A stretch of DNA of 64,000 bases from Vicinamibacterales bacterium (GCA_050250955.1 JBFWNR010000004.1:437524-501523), one strand, 5' to 3'; positions 41,760 through 50,632 are shown, counted from the first letter of the stretch. Translations and numbers: made by a program. The notes: generated by a model from the sequence alone, not told the origin.

Positions 41760-43727
41760 GTGGCGCCATTCGATCGCGAAGGGGCACTGAAGCGGGCCGA
41801 GAAGGCCCTGCGGCAGGGCCGCGTGGATGCGGCCATCGAGGAATACCAGGCCATCGTCCTGGCCCAGCCGCGCGACTGGAACAGCGCCAACGCGCTCGGC
41901 GATCTGTTCGTGCGATCCGGCCAGCTCGACAAGGGCGTCGAGCAGTACACGCGGATCGCCGATCACCTCGCCGAGGAGGGCTTCTATCCCAAGGCGTCGG
42001 CCCTCTACAAGAAGATCCTCAAGGTCAAGCCGACCGAAGAGTACGCGTTGGTGCGCTCCGGCGACGTCGCCGTGAAGCTCGGCCTGCTCGCCGACGCCAA
42101 GGCGGCCTATCAGACCGTCGCCGATCGCCGCCGCAAGGTCGGCAACGTGCGCGGCGCCGCCGAGATGGCGGTGCGGCTCGGCACGGTCGACCCCGAGGAC
42201 TTCGAGGCCCGCTACGCGGCGGCCCGCGCCGCCCGCGAACTGGGCGACACCGAGACGGCGCTGCGCGAACTGCGCGCCGCCGCGGCCGGCTTCGAAGAGG
42301 CGAGCCGGCTCGACGACGCCCGCGCGGCGTATCGCGACGTCCTCGAACTGGCCCCGGACGACGAGGATGCCCGCGCCCGCGTGCTGGCCGCCAATATCGC
42401 CTCGGGCGAATTCACCAGCGCCTTTGCGCTGGCGACCTCGCCCGACGAGCTGCGGCAGATCGCCGGCGCGCTGGAGAGCGCCGGGCAGCACGGCGAAGTG
42501 CTGGCGGTGTGGGCGCGCATCGCCGACCTCGATCCCGACGACGCCCAGGCCAAGGTGCGGCTGGTCCGCGGCCACCTCGCCGGCGGCGACACGGTCGCGG
42601 CCCGTCGCCATCTGACCGCCGCGGTCGCCGCGACCGACGCGACCCTGTGGATGGCCCTCGCCGAGGCCGAGCTCACCCAGGGTCGATTCGAGGACGGCCG
42701 CGCCGCCGTCGCCGCGGCCCTCGCCGCCAACCCGGCGCAGCGCGAAGCGGCGATTGCCATGGCCTGCCGGCTCGCCGAGCAGTCGCCCGACTCGGCCTAC
42801 CCCGGCATCGAAGCCGTGGCCGAGCACGCCCTCGCCGAGAACGACTATGCCGCGGCCGCCGCCGCGCTGCACGAGTTCGTGACCCGGGTCCGCCGCCACA
42901 TCGTCGCGCTCATGCGCCTGGTCGAGATCTGCGTCGACGGCGGCCTCGAGGCGACCATGTACTCGGCGCAGGCCCAGCTGGCCGATGCCTACCTGGATGC
43001 CGGACGCGGCCTCGAGGCGCGGATCATCAGCGAGGACCTGGTGGCCCGCGAGCCGTGGGACCGCGCCAACATCGAGCGGTTCCGCCGGGCGCTCGAGATG
43101 CTCGGCGAAGCCGACCCCGATGCGATCATCGCCGATCGGCTGAGCGGCGACAGTCCGTTCATGGCCACCGACAAGATGGACCTGAACGAAGGCGTGGTGT
43201 TCGACGAACCGGCCGACGTCGACGTGGCTGGCGCCGCCGAGGTCGATCTCACCGCCGCGCTGTCGGGCGACGACGGCGGCCGCGGCAAGCGCGGCCGCGG
43301 CAAGGGCCGCGCCGCCGAGGCGCCCGCCGATGGCCGCGACCAGGACGAGCAACTCGCCGCCGAGCAGCTGCGCCTGGCGCTGACCTATCGCGACATGGGG
43401 ATGATCGACGACGCCATCCAGTCGCTGGAGCGCGCTGCGACGTCGTCGCGGCAGCGCTTCGAGGCCGCGTCGACGCTCGGTCGCCTCTACATGGAGCGCG
43501 GCGAGCGGGCCCGGGCGCTCGAGTGGCTCGAACGCGCTGCCGAGGCGCCGGCCCCGACGGCCGACGCCGGACGGGCGCTGCTCTACGATCTCGCCGACGT
43601 GCTCGACATGCTCGCCGAGCCGGGACGGGCGCTCGCCGTCTTCGGGGAACTCGAGGCCGACGTGCCCGGGTATCGCGACGTCGCGGCGCGGATCGAGCGA
43701 CTGAGTCGCGTTCACACCCGGGGGTAG
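41760..43727 (+). CDS. Large tetratricopeptide-repeat (TPR) protein, function unknown
   Basis: 655 aa with repeated 34-residue A/L/Y/G patterns (AIEEYQAIVLAQPRDWNSANALGDLF..., ASALYKKILKVKPTEEYALVRSGDV...), a basic RGKRGRGKGR linker and a C-terminal TPR pair. GTG start 12 nt after rnhB. Ends at TAG 43725-43727. Confidence 0.75.
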   Translation: MAPFDREGALKRAEKALRQGRVDAAIEEYQAIVLAQPRDWNSANALGDLFVRSGQLDKGVEQYTRIADHLAEEGFYPKASALYKKILKVKPTEEYALVRSGDVAVKLGLLADAKAAYQTVADRRRKVGNVRGAAEMAVRLGTVDPEDFEARYAAARAARELGDTETALRELRAAAAGFEEASRLDDARAAYRDVLELAPDDEDARARVLAANIASGEFTSAFALATSPDELRQIAGALESAGQHGEVLAVWARIADLDPDDAQAKVRLVRGHLAGGDTVAARRHLTAAVAATDATLWMALAEAELTQGRFEDGRAAVAAALAANPAQREAAIAMACRLAEQSPDSAYPGIEAVAEHALAENDYAAAAAALHEFVTRVRRHIVALMRLVEICVDGGLEATMYSAQAQLADAYLDAGRGLEARIISEDLVAREPWDRANIERFRRALEMLGEADPDAIIADRLSGDSPFMATDKMDLNEGVVFDEPADVDVAGAAEVDLTAALSGDDGGRGKRGRGKGRAAEAPADGRDQDEQLAAEQLRLALTYRDMGMIDDAIQSLERAATSSRQRFEAASTLGRLYMERGERARALEWLERAAEAPAPTADAGRALLYDLADVLDMLAEPGRALAVFGELEADVPGYRDVAARIERLSRVHTRG

Positions 43728-43730
43728 GCC

Positions 43731-43964
43731 CTGTTTCGGCGGCTGCTCGTCATCGCGCTGCTCGTCGAGCTCGGACTGCTGCTCATCGTCGTCCCGTGGT
43801 CGGTGTTCTGGGAGCGGAACTACTTCTCCCAGCTGTCACCGGCGGTTTACGCGGTACTGACCAACAACTACGTCCGCGGCGCGATCACCGGCCTGGGCGC
43901 CGTGAACGTGCTGGCGGCGCTGGCCGATCTGTCGCTGCTGGTCCGCCGCCGCTCGACGCCATGA
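43731..43964 (+). CDS. Putative 77-aa two-TM membrane peptide with no canonical start (not in the ORF track)
   Basis: Same frame as the TPR gene, open from the codon after its TAG. Reads LFRRLLVIALLVELGLLLIVVPWSVFWERNYFSQLSPAVYAVLTNNYVRGAITGLGAVNVLAALADLSLLVRRRSTP. GC3 is high. The stop overlaps the next ATG (ATGA). The only in-frame candidates are CTG 43731 or GTG 43803. Confidence 0.45.
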   Translation: MFRRLLVIALLVELGLLLIVVPWSVFWERNYFSQLSPAVYAVLTNNYVRGAITGLGAVNVLAALADLSLLVRRRSTP

Positions 43965-44638
43965 CCGGTCGCCGGCCGTGGCTGATGGTGGTGTCCGACC
44001 GGCGCCGCCTCTGTGCGGCCAGCGGGCGGACGCCTGCCGCGGCCGACGCGCTGCTCGAGCGGCAGGTCCTGGCGGCGGCAGCCGCCGGAGTCGCGGCGTT
44101 CCAGCTGCGTGAACCCGACCTCGACGGCGCCGCGCTGCTGACCCTGGCTCAACGCCTGCGCGGCGCGGCCGGCCCGGCCCTTCACCTGCTGGTCAACGAA
44201 CGCGCCGATGTCGCTGCAGCCGCCGGCGCCGGCGTGCACCTGCGCTCGCGCTCGGTGCCGGCGCCCCGGCTGCGCGCCTGGCTCACGCAGCCGATCTGGA
44301 TGTCGCGCGCCGTCCACGGCGTCGGCGAACTGGCCGACGCCGCTGCCGTCGATCTCGTCGTCGCCGGCACCGTGCGGGCGACCGCCTCGAAGCCGGGCCA
44401 GGCGGCCGTCCTCGGCCTCGACGGACTCGCCGCGATCGCCGCCGCGTCGCCGGTGCCGGTCATCGGCATCGGCGGGCTGGATGCCGACGATTGGCCCACA
44501 CTGCGAGCCGCCGGGGCGGTCGGATTTGCCGCGATTGGCGCATTCCTGCCCAGGTCGGGCGAGACCGTCGCCGACGCGGTTGGCCGTGTCGTCGCCGCCG
44601 TCGGCGGCGTCGTTGACTCGACCGGCCGCCGATTCTAA
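43961..44638 (+). CDS. Thiamine-phosphate synthase (ThiE/TenI) family protein
   Basis: LMVVSDRR, FQLRE, LLVNERADVA..AGVHLRS, SRAVHG, AGTVRATASKPG, PVIGIGGL. No other thi genes nearby, so the physiological role is uncertain. Confidence 0.7.
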   Translation: MTGRRPWLMVVSDRRRLCAASGRTPAAADALLERQVLAAAAAGVAAFQLREPDLDGAALLTLAQRLRGAAGPALHLLVNERADVAAAAGAGVHLRSRSVPAPRLRAWLTQPIWMSRAVHGVGELADAAAVDLVVAGTVRATASKPGQAAVLGLDGLAAIAAASPVPVIGIGGLDADDWPTLRAAGAVGFAAIGAFLPRSGETVADAVGRVVAAVGGVVDSTGRRF

Positions 44639-44673
44639 TATCGCGGCCGCGGAGCGGTCCCGCTCCCCCTGTC

Positions 44674-45078
44674 ATGGTCCTGGATACTGCGGACGATCTC
44701 GGTGCGGCGCTGCGCCAGCACCGTGAGGCGGCGCACCGCACGCTGCGCGAACTGGCCGACGCGACCAAGCTCGGCGTCCGGACCCTCGACGCCCTCGAGC
44801 GCAACCACGTCGACAAGCTGCCGCCGGGGATCTTCCGCCGTGCCGTGGTGCGCGCCTACGCCCGCGAAGTGGGTCTCGATCCCGAGGACACGCTGCGCGT
44901 CTTCCTGGCGCGGCACCCCGACGATCTGCCGCCGCCCGGCCGCGCGCTCAGTCCGGTCGCCGATGTCGACACTCCGCCGGCGAGGGTCTCGCCCCTGGCC
45001 GTGCTGGTGATCGTCGCCGTCGTTGTCGCCCTGGCGTTGCTGGCCGGCGCGCTGGCGGCGCCGTCGGGAGGGATCTAG
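44674..45078 (+). CDS. RodZ-like helix-turn-helix membrane protein
   Basis: N-terminal Xre-type HTH (LRQHREAAHRTLRELADATKLGVRTLDALERN), the RodZ-like segment (GIFRRAVVRAYAREVGLDPE) and a C-terminal TM (LAVLVIVAVVVALALLAGAL). Confidence 0.65.
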   Translation: MVLDTADDLGAALRQHREAAHRTLRELADATKLGVRTLDALERNHVDKLPPGIFRRAVVRAYAREVGLDPEDTLRVFLARHPDDLPPPGRALSPVADVDTPPARVSPLAVLVIVAVVVALALLAGALAAPSGGI

Positions 45079-45867
45079 GTGGACGCCGGTATCCGCACGC
45101 CGCTCATCGACGCCTTCCGCCGGCCCGACGTGCCCAGGGACGTGCGGCTCGACGCTGCCAGCGGCCAGGTCGCGCCGCGCGGCGTGGAACAACTGGCGCT
45201 GCTGATGCACCTGGTCGACGACGACGACGAGGAGGTGCGTGCGGCGGCCGCGACCACCCTGGACCGCCTGCCGGCCCCAGGCGTCGCCGCGGCCCTGGCG
45301 CGGTCGGACGTCACCGCCGAGATGTTGCGCTTCTTCGCCGACCGTGGCGTGACGCCGACGGCGGGTGGCGACGGCGACGTGCCACTCGCCGACGGCGCCG
45401 GCGATCCGGACTGGGAGGCGGCCGGGGAGGAGCGTGGCGAGGGCGGCGACGGCCAGCTGTCGGTGACCCAGCAGATTCAGCAGATGTCGATCGTGCAGCG
45501 GGTCCGCGCCGCGATGAAGGGCAGTCGCGAGATGCGGGCGATCCTGATCCGCGATCCGAACAAGCTGGTCGCCTCGGCGGTGCTCAGCAGCCCCAAGCTG
45601 ACCCTGGCCGAGGTCGAGGCGTTCGCCAAGATGGCCAACGTGACCGAAGACGTGCTGCGCGCGATCGGCGCCAATCGCGCCTGGGTCAAGAACTACGGCG
45701 TCGCCCACGGCTTGACCCGCAATCCGAAGACGCCGGTCGCCTTGTCGCTGAACCTGCTGCATCGGCTCGTCGAACGCGACGTCAAGGCGATCACGGCCGA
45801 CCGCAACGTCCCGGAGCCGCTGCGCCTGGCCGCGCGCAAGAAGATGGTGACGACTCAGTCGCGTTGA
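45079..45867 (+). CDS. Hypothetical helical-repeat protein (LRV/HEAT-like repeats)
   Basis: GTG directly follows the upstream TAG. Repeats of the type D..VR.A.A..L and RNPKTPVALSLNLL / SSPKLTLAEVEAF. Acidic Gly-rich central linker. No enzymatic motif. Confidence 0.55.
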   Translation: MDAGIRTPLIDAFRRPDVPRDVRLDAASGQVAPRGVEQLALLMHLVDDDDEEVRAAAATTLDRLPAPGVAAALARSDVTAEMLRFFADRGVTPTAGGDGDVPLADGAGDPDWEAAGEERGEGGDGQLSVTQQIQQMSIVQRVRAAMKGSREMRAILIRDPNKLVASAVLSSPKLTLAEVEAFAKMANVTEDVLRAIGANRAWVKNYGVAHGLTRNPKTPVALSLNLLHRLVERDVKAITADRNVPEPLRLAARKKMVTTQSR

Positions 45868-46112
45868 CGACCAGGGCGCGGCCGCGCGCCGGGGCGCGAC
45901 CTCGCGGCTCGACGCGGCGTTGAGCCGCCGGCCCACTCCGAGCGCAGTTGCGACAGCCCGTCCATGAACACGGCGACGCGCTCGCGCGCCGCCTCGTCGG
46001 GCAGCTGCGTCAGCAGGTCGATGGCGCGGGCGAGGTCGGCGGCGATGGTGCGCTTCGAGGTCGCGAAGTAGAGCCGGCGGATCTCGGCGGCGGGATCGAG
46101 CGGCGGGGTCAC
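45855..46112 (-). CDS. Small hypothetical protein (85 aa)
   Basis: GC3-rich frame. GTG 46112 overlaps the stop of the GHMP kinase gene (GTGA). Helical N-terminus (IRRLYFATSKRTIAADLARAIDLLTQLPDE) and basic tail. The 3' end overlaps the convergent gene by 13 nt. Confidence 0.5.
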   Translation of the reverse strand: MTPPLDPAAEIRRLYFATSKRTIAADLARAIDLLTQLPDEAARERVAVFMDGLSQLRSEWAGGSTPRRAARSRPGARPRPGRQRD

Positions 46113-47149
46113 TCGGACAGGCCTCCATCGGGCCGGATGAACCGCGCATCTGGCCGCTGGCCGTCAACGCGGACGCCCTCTGGTTCCACCGGCGCGTCGA
46201 GCAGGCTGGCGCCAGCCGCCTGCCAGCGCCGCCGTATCGCGTCGGTGCGGCCCGGCGGCGCCAGGCAGAACACGCACCCGCCGCCACCGGCCCCGCAGAC
46301 CTTTCCCGCCCAGGCTCCGGCCGCCACGGCCTCGGCGAGCAGGTCGTCGATGCGCGGGGTCGTCACGGCCGGTGCCAGCCGGGTCCGCGCCCGCCATTCC
46401 TCGGCCAGCGCGGTGCCGGCGGCCGGCCAGTCGTCGCGTTCGAGCGCCGCCCGCATCGCCGCCGTGGCCCGGACGATGGCGTCGAAGCCGGCGACGACGA
46501 CCGGGTCGCGATCGATCCGCCGCTTGGTCATCTCCCAGTTGTTGATGCCGGACTGGCGCGGCGCCCCGGTGTAGCAGACGACCAGGTGCCGATCGAGCGC
46601 GGCGGCGTCGACGGCGAGTGGCACCCGCACCGCGCCCTCGACGCCGAGCTCGAGCGCGGCGATCCCGCCGTAGAGGGCCGGCCGGTAGTCCTGCAGGCCG
46701 GTCGGCACCTGGATCACCTGGGCTTCGACGTTCTTGGCGATCTCGAGGAGGGCTTCGTCAGACATGGCCCGATCGGTCCACCGGTTCAGCGCGCAGGTCA
46801 CGGCGATGTTCAGCGCCGACGACCCGGCGATGCCGGCCCCGGCCGGAGCGTCGCTGCGGGTCGTCACCGTCACGCCGCGGACGCCGAAGGCATCGACCAG
46901 CCGGGCCAGCAGTGGCAGGGTGGTGTCGGCGGCCACGTGCGCGGCGGGCATCGGACCACTGCGCAGGCCGAGGTCTTCGGAGACCAGTGCCACCTGGTCG
47001 TCGTCGCGGCGGTCGAGGCGGACGTGGGCGCGCAGGCCGATGGCGGCGTTCACCGTCTGGGCGCCGGGATGGAACAGGTAGAGCGGCCAGATGTCGACGG
47101 TCCCGCCGGCGAGATCCACGCGCGTCGGCGCCGAAGCCGTCACGGTCAC
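46109..47149 (-). CDS. GHMP-family sugar kinase (HddA / fucokinase-like)
   Basis: APTRVDLAGGTVDIWPLY (motif 1), SDAPAGAGIAGSSALNIA (PxGSGLGSSA-type ATP motif 2), GKVCGAGGGGC (motif 3). GTG start. Confidence 0.8.
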   Translation of the reverse strand: MTVTASAPTRVDLAGGTVDIWPLYLFHPGAQTVNAAIGLRAHVRLDRRDDDQVALVSEDLGLRSGPMPAAHVAADTTLPLLARLVDAFGVRGVTVTTRSDAPAGAGIAGSSALNIAVTCALNRWTDRAMSDEALLEIAKNVEAQVIQVPTGLQDYRPALYGGIAALELGVEGAVRVPLAVDAAALDRHLVVCYTGAPRQSGINNWEMTKRRIDRDPVVVAGFDAIVRATAAMRAALERDDWPAAGTALAEEWRARTRLAPAVTTPRIDDLLAEAVAAGAWAGKVCGAGGGGCVFCLAPPGRTDAIRRRWQAAGASLLDAPVEPEGVRVDGQRPDARFIRPDGGLSE

Positions 47150-47155
47150 GGCGGA

Positions 47156-47163
47156 ATTATAAT
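47156..47163. promoter_or_regulatory. Palindromic ATTATAAT giving a perfect TATAAT on both strands of a 26-bp divergent intergenic region
   Basis: Plus-strand TATAAT at 47158-47163, 12 nt before the nagZ ATG at 47176. Minus-strand TATAAT at 47161-47156, 6 nt before the GHMP-kinase GTG at 47149. No Shine-Dalgarno on either side. Confidence 0.45.
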
Positions 47164-47175
47164 GCTGCGGATCCG

Positions 47176-48252
47176 ATGCCTCTGCCGCTGCGCCGCCGTC
47201 TGGGTCAACTCCTGTTCGGCAGTTTTCCCGGCCGCACGGTGTCGGTCGAGCTGCGAGCCCTGGCCCGCGAGTTCGATCTCGGCGGCGTGACGCTGTTCGC
47301 CCGCAACGTCGAGGCGCCCGAGCAGGTGCTGGAACTGGCGGGGGAGTGCGCGGCGCTCGGGCGCGAGCGTCCGGCCTGGGTGAGCGTCGATCAGGAGGGT
47401 GGCCGCGTCGCCCGGCTGCGCGCGCCGTTCACCGTCTGGCCGCCGATGGCGACGCTCGGCCGGGCCGGTTCGGCGGCACTGACGGCGCGCTTCGCCCGGG
47501 CCCTGGCCGCGGAACTGCGGGCCGTGGGCGTCACGCTCGACTTCGCGCCGGTGCTCGACGTGCTGACCAATGCCAGCAACCCCGTGATCGGCGACCGGGC
47601 GCTGTCCGACGACGCCGCCGTCGTCGGCGACCTTGGCGCTGCCGTGGTGCGCGAACTGCAGGCGGCCGGCGTGGCGGCGTGCGGCAAGCACTTCCCCGGT
47701 CACGGCGATACGCTCGTCGACTCGCATCACGGGCTGCCGGTGGTGGAGCACCCGCCGGAGCGGCTGCAGGCGATCGAGTTCGCGCCGTTTCGCGCCGCTA
47801 TTGCCGCCGACGTCGCCTTCCTGATGACCGCCCATGTGCTGGTGCCGGCCTTCGACGAGGCGTGGCCGGCGACGCTGTCGGCACCGATCCTGGCGCGGCT
47901 GCGCGACGAGCTGGGGTTCGGCGGGGCGATCCTCAGCGACGACCTGGAAATGCAGGCGGTGCGGGCCCGCTGGGAGCCGGCCGAGGCCGCGGTGCGGGCC
48001 GTCGCCGCCGGGTGCGACGGCGTGCTGGTGTGCAGCGGCGATGCCGAGCTGCTGGCCTCGACCTGCGAAGGGCTGGTACGAGCGGTCGAGTCCGGGGCGC
48101 TGCCCTCGTCCCGCGCCGATGATGCGCTGGCCAGGATGCAGCGCGCCAAGCAGCGGTTCCTGCCGCCCACGGCGCCGGCACCGGCGTGGAAGGCGGTGGT
48201 CGGCTGCGAGGCCCATCAGCGCGTGGCCGCGGAGATGGCGGGCTACCTGTGA
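47176..48252 (+). CDS. nagZ: Beta-N-acetylhexosaminidase NagZ (GH3)
   Basis: GGVTLFARN, VSVDQEGGRVARL, DFAPVLDV, IGDRALS and KHFPGHGDTLVDSH motifs; 358 aa from ATG 47176. Confidence 0.85.
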   Translation: MPLPLRRRLGQLLFGSFPGRTVSVELRALAREFDLGGVTLFARNVEAPEQVLELAGECAALGRERPAWVSVDQEGGRVARLRAPFTVWPPMATLGRAGSAALTARFARALAAELRAVGVTLDFAPVLDVLTNASNPVIGDRALSDDAAVVGDLGAAVVRELQAAGVAACGKHFPGHGDTLVDSHHGLPVVEHPPERLQAIEFAPFRAAIAADVAFLMTAHVLVPAFDEAWPATLSAPILARLRDELGFGGAILSDDLEMQAVRARWEPAEAAVRAVAAGCDGVLVCSGDAELLASTCEGLVRAVESGALPSSRADDALARMQRAKQRFLPPTAPAPAWKAVVGCEAHQRVAAEMAGYL

Positions 48253-49205
48253 CCGGCGACGATACGACCCGGACCCGCGCCGGCCGGCGGCGGCCCCGTC
48301 GGCTGCTGGTCGGCGATCGCGTCGCCCTGGTGGCTCCGGCCAGTCCGGTGCGGGCCGAGGACCTCGAACGGGGCGCGGACGAGCTGCGCGCGCTCGGCTT
48401 CGTGCCGGTGTACGACCAGCGCGTGCTGGCACGGCATGGCTACGTGGCCGGCCTGCCGCAGATGCGGGTCAGCGCGCTGGCCGACGCCTGGCGCGACCCG
48501 ACGGTGCGCGGGCTGGTCGCCGTCCGTGGCGGCTATGGGTCCCAGCAGCTGCTGCCGCTGCTCGACCCGCGCTGGCTGGCCGACGATCCCAAGGTGTTCC
48601 TCGGCTACAGCGATCTGACGGCGATTCTGGCCTGGCACACGATGCACGGCGCGGTGGCGTTTCACGGGCCGATGGCCGAAGGGCGGCTGGCGCTGGGCAC
48701 CGTCGGCTACGATCGCGCGTCGCTGCTGGCGGCCATCGCCCAGCCGGTCGCGATGGGGACGCTGGCCCCGCCAGGGCTGGAGACGTTTCGTCCCGGCGAG
48801 GCGAGCGGCGTCCTGGTCGGCGGCACCCTCACCCAGCTGGCCGCGCTGCTCGGCACGCCATACGCGCTGGTGCCGCGCGAGCCGAGCATTCTCTTCCTCG
48901 AGGACGTCGGCGAGCGGCCCTATCGCATCGACCGCCTGATCACCCAGCTGCACCAGGCCGGCACGTTCCGCCGGGTCACCGGCGTCGTGCTCGGCGCGTT
49001 TCCCGGCTGCGACGAGGCGGGCGGGGGTCCGACGGCCCGGGCCGTGCTGCGCGACCTGTTCGCGCACTTTCCGGGGCCGGTCGTCTTCGGCATGCCCTCC
49101 GGCCACGGCTCGCGGCCGACGCTGACGCTGCCGGTCGGCGTCGACGCCCGGCTGACCACCCAGCCGGCCCCGGCCCTGTCGATCGAGGAAGCCGCGGTCT
49201 GTTGA
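48249..49205 (+). CDS. ldcA: LD-carboxypeptidase (muramoyltetrapeptide carboxypeptidase, peptidase S66)
   Basis: GDRVALVAPASP, AVRGGYGSQQLL, FLGYSDLTAIL (nucleophile Ser), ILFLEDVGERPYRIDR, GMPSGHG. GTG 48249 overlaps the nagZ stop (GTGA). Confidence 0.85.
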   Translation: MTGDDTTRTRAGRRRPRRLLVGDRVALVAPASPVRAEDLERGADELRALGFVPVYDQRVLARHGYVAGLPQMRVSALADAWRDPTVRGLVAVRGGYGSQQLLPLLDPRWLADDPKVFLGYSDLTAILAWHTMHGAVAFHGPMAEGRLALGTVGYDRASLLAAIAQPVAMGTLAPPGLETFRPGEASGVLVGGTLTQLAALLGTPYALVPREPSILFLEDVGERPYRIDRLITQLHQAGTFRRVTGVVLGAFPGCDEAGGGPTARAVLRDLFAHFPGPVVFGMPSGHGSRPTLTLPVGVDARLTTQPAPALSIEEAAVC

Positions 49206-50632
49206 TGCGGGTGCACTTCATCGGCATCTGCGGCACGGCGATGGCGACGCTGGCCGCGCTGCTCAAGGCCAGGGGCGACGAGGTGCGCGGCTCGGACGCC
49301 CACGTCTATCCGCCGATGAGCGATTTCCTGGCCCGCGAAGGGATCGAGGTGTTCGACGGCTACGCCGCCGAGCACATCGGCGACGACGTCGACCTGGTGG
49401 TGGTCGGCAACGCGATCTCACGCGGCAATCCCGAACTGGAAGCGGTCCTCGACCGCTCCGTACGATACGCGTCGCTGCCCGAGACGATCCGCGACGCGTT
49501 TCTGTGGCAGGCCGACGCGGTGGTCGTCGCCGGGACGCACGGCAAGACGACGACCACGGCGCTGACGGCGTGGCTGCTCACCCGCGGCGGGCTGGATCCG
49601 TCGATGCTCGTCGGCGGCATCGCCCGCAACTTCGGCGCCGACGGCGCCAGCTATCGGGTCGGGCGCGGCCGCGCCTTCGTCATCGAGGGCGACGAGTACG
49701 ACAGCGCCTACTTCGACAAGACCGCCAAGTTCCTGAAGTACCTGCCGGACATCGCCGTGGTCACCAATGTCGAGTTCGACCACGCCGACATCTACGCCGA
49801 TCTCGACGCGGTGCGTCTGGCCTTCGCGCGCTTCGTGCGCCTGGTGCCGCGCCGCGGCCTGGTGCTGCTCGGCGCCGACAGCCCCGATGCGGCGGCGCTG
49901 GCCACCCACGCGCACTGCCGCGTGCAGACCTTTGGCCTGACCGACGGCTGCGACTGGCGCGCGGTCGATGTGACCCCCGACGCCACCTCGACACGCTTCA
50001 CCGTCATCGGGCCCGACGGCTTCCGGGCCGCTGTGGACGCGCCGCTGGTCGGTGCCCACAACGTCCGCAACGCCCTGGCCGCTTCCGCCGTGGCCCGCGC
50101 GCTCGGGCTCGAGGCGGCGTCGATCGCCGCCGGCCTGGCGAGCTTCGCCGGTGTCAAACGTCGGCTCGAGGTGGTCGGACGGCACGACGGTGTCACGGTC
50201 TACGACGACTTCGCCCACCATCCCACGGCCGTGGCCGAGACCCTGGCGGCGATGCGGGCCGCCCGGCCCGGCGCCCGCCTGTGGGCGATCTTCGAGCCGC
50301 GCTCGGCCTCCTCCTGTCGCCGCGTGTTCCAGGACGCCTTCGCGACGGCGTTCGCGGCGGCGGACGTGGTCGTCGTCGCGCCGGTCTTCCGCAGCACGTT
50401 GCCGGACCACGAACGTCTCTCGGCAACCCAGCTGGTCGCCGATCTCATCGCCGGGGGCGTCGCGGCCTACCAGGCGCCGTCGATTGACGCGATCGTCGAC
50501 CGGGTCGCCGCCGATGCCCGCACCGGCGACGAGATCGTCGTGATGTCCAACGGCGGATTCGGTGGTCTGCACGGCCGGCTGCTCGACGCTCTGGCCGCCC
50601 GGGAGTCCACGCTGCCGCCGGGGCGCCCGTGA
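49205..50632 (+). CDS. mpl: UDP-N-acetylmuramate:L-alanyl-gamma-D-glutamyl-meso-diaminopimelate ligase
   Basis: MRVHFIGICGTAMATLAALL, VAGTHGKTTTTAL, EGDEYDSAYFDK, NVEFDHADIY, DDFAHHPTA. ATG 49205 overlaps the ldcA TGA by 1 nt. Confidence 0.9.
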   Translation: MRVHFIGICGTAMATLAALLKARGDEVRGSDAHVYPPMSDFLAREGIEVFDGYAAEHIGDDVDLVVVGNAISRGNPELEAVLDRSVRYASLPETIRDAFLWQADAVVVAGTHGKTTTTALTAWLLTRGGLDPSMLVGGIARNFGADGASYRVGRGRAFVIEGDEYDSAYFDKTAKFLKYLPDIAVVTNVEFDHADIYADLDAVRLAFARFVRLVPRRGLVLLGADSPDAAALATHAHCRVQTFGLTDGCDWRAVDVTPDATSTRFTVIGPDGFRAAVDAPLVGAHNVRNALAASAVARALGLEAASIAAGLASFAGVKRRLEVVGRHDGVTVYDDFAHHPTAVAETLAAMRAARPGARLWAIFEPRSASSCRRVFQDAFATAFAAADVVVVAPVFRSTLPDHERLSATQLVADLIAGGVAAYQAPSIDAIVDRVAADARTGDEIVVMSNGGFGGLHGRLLDALAARESTLPPGRP

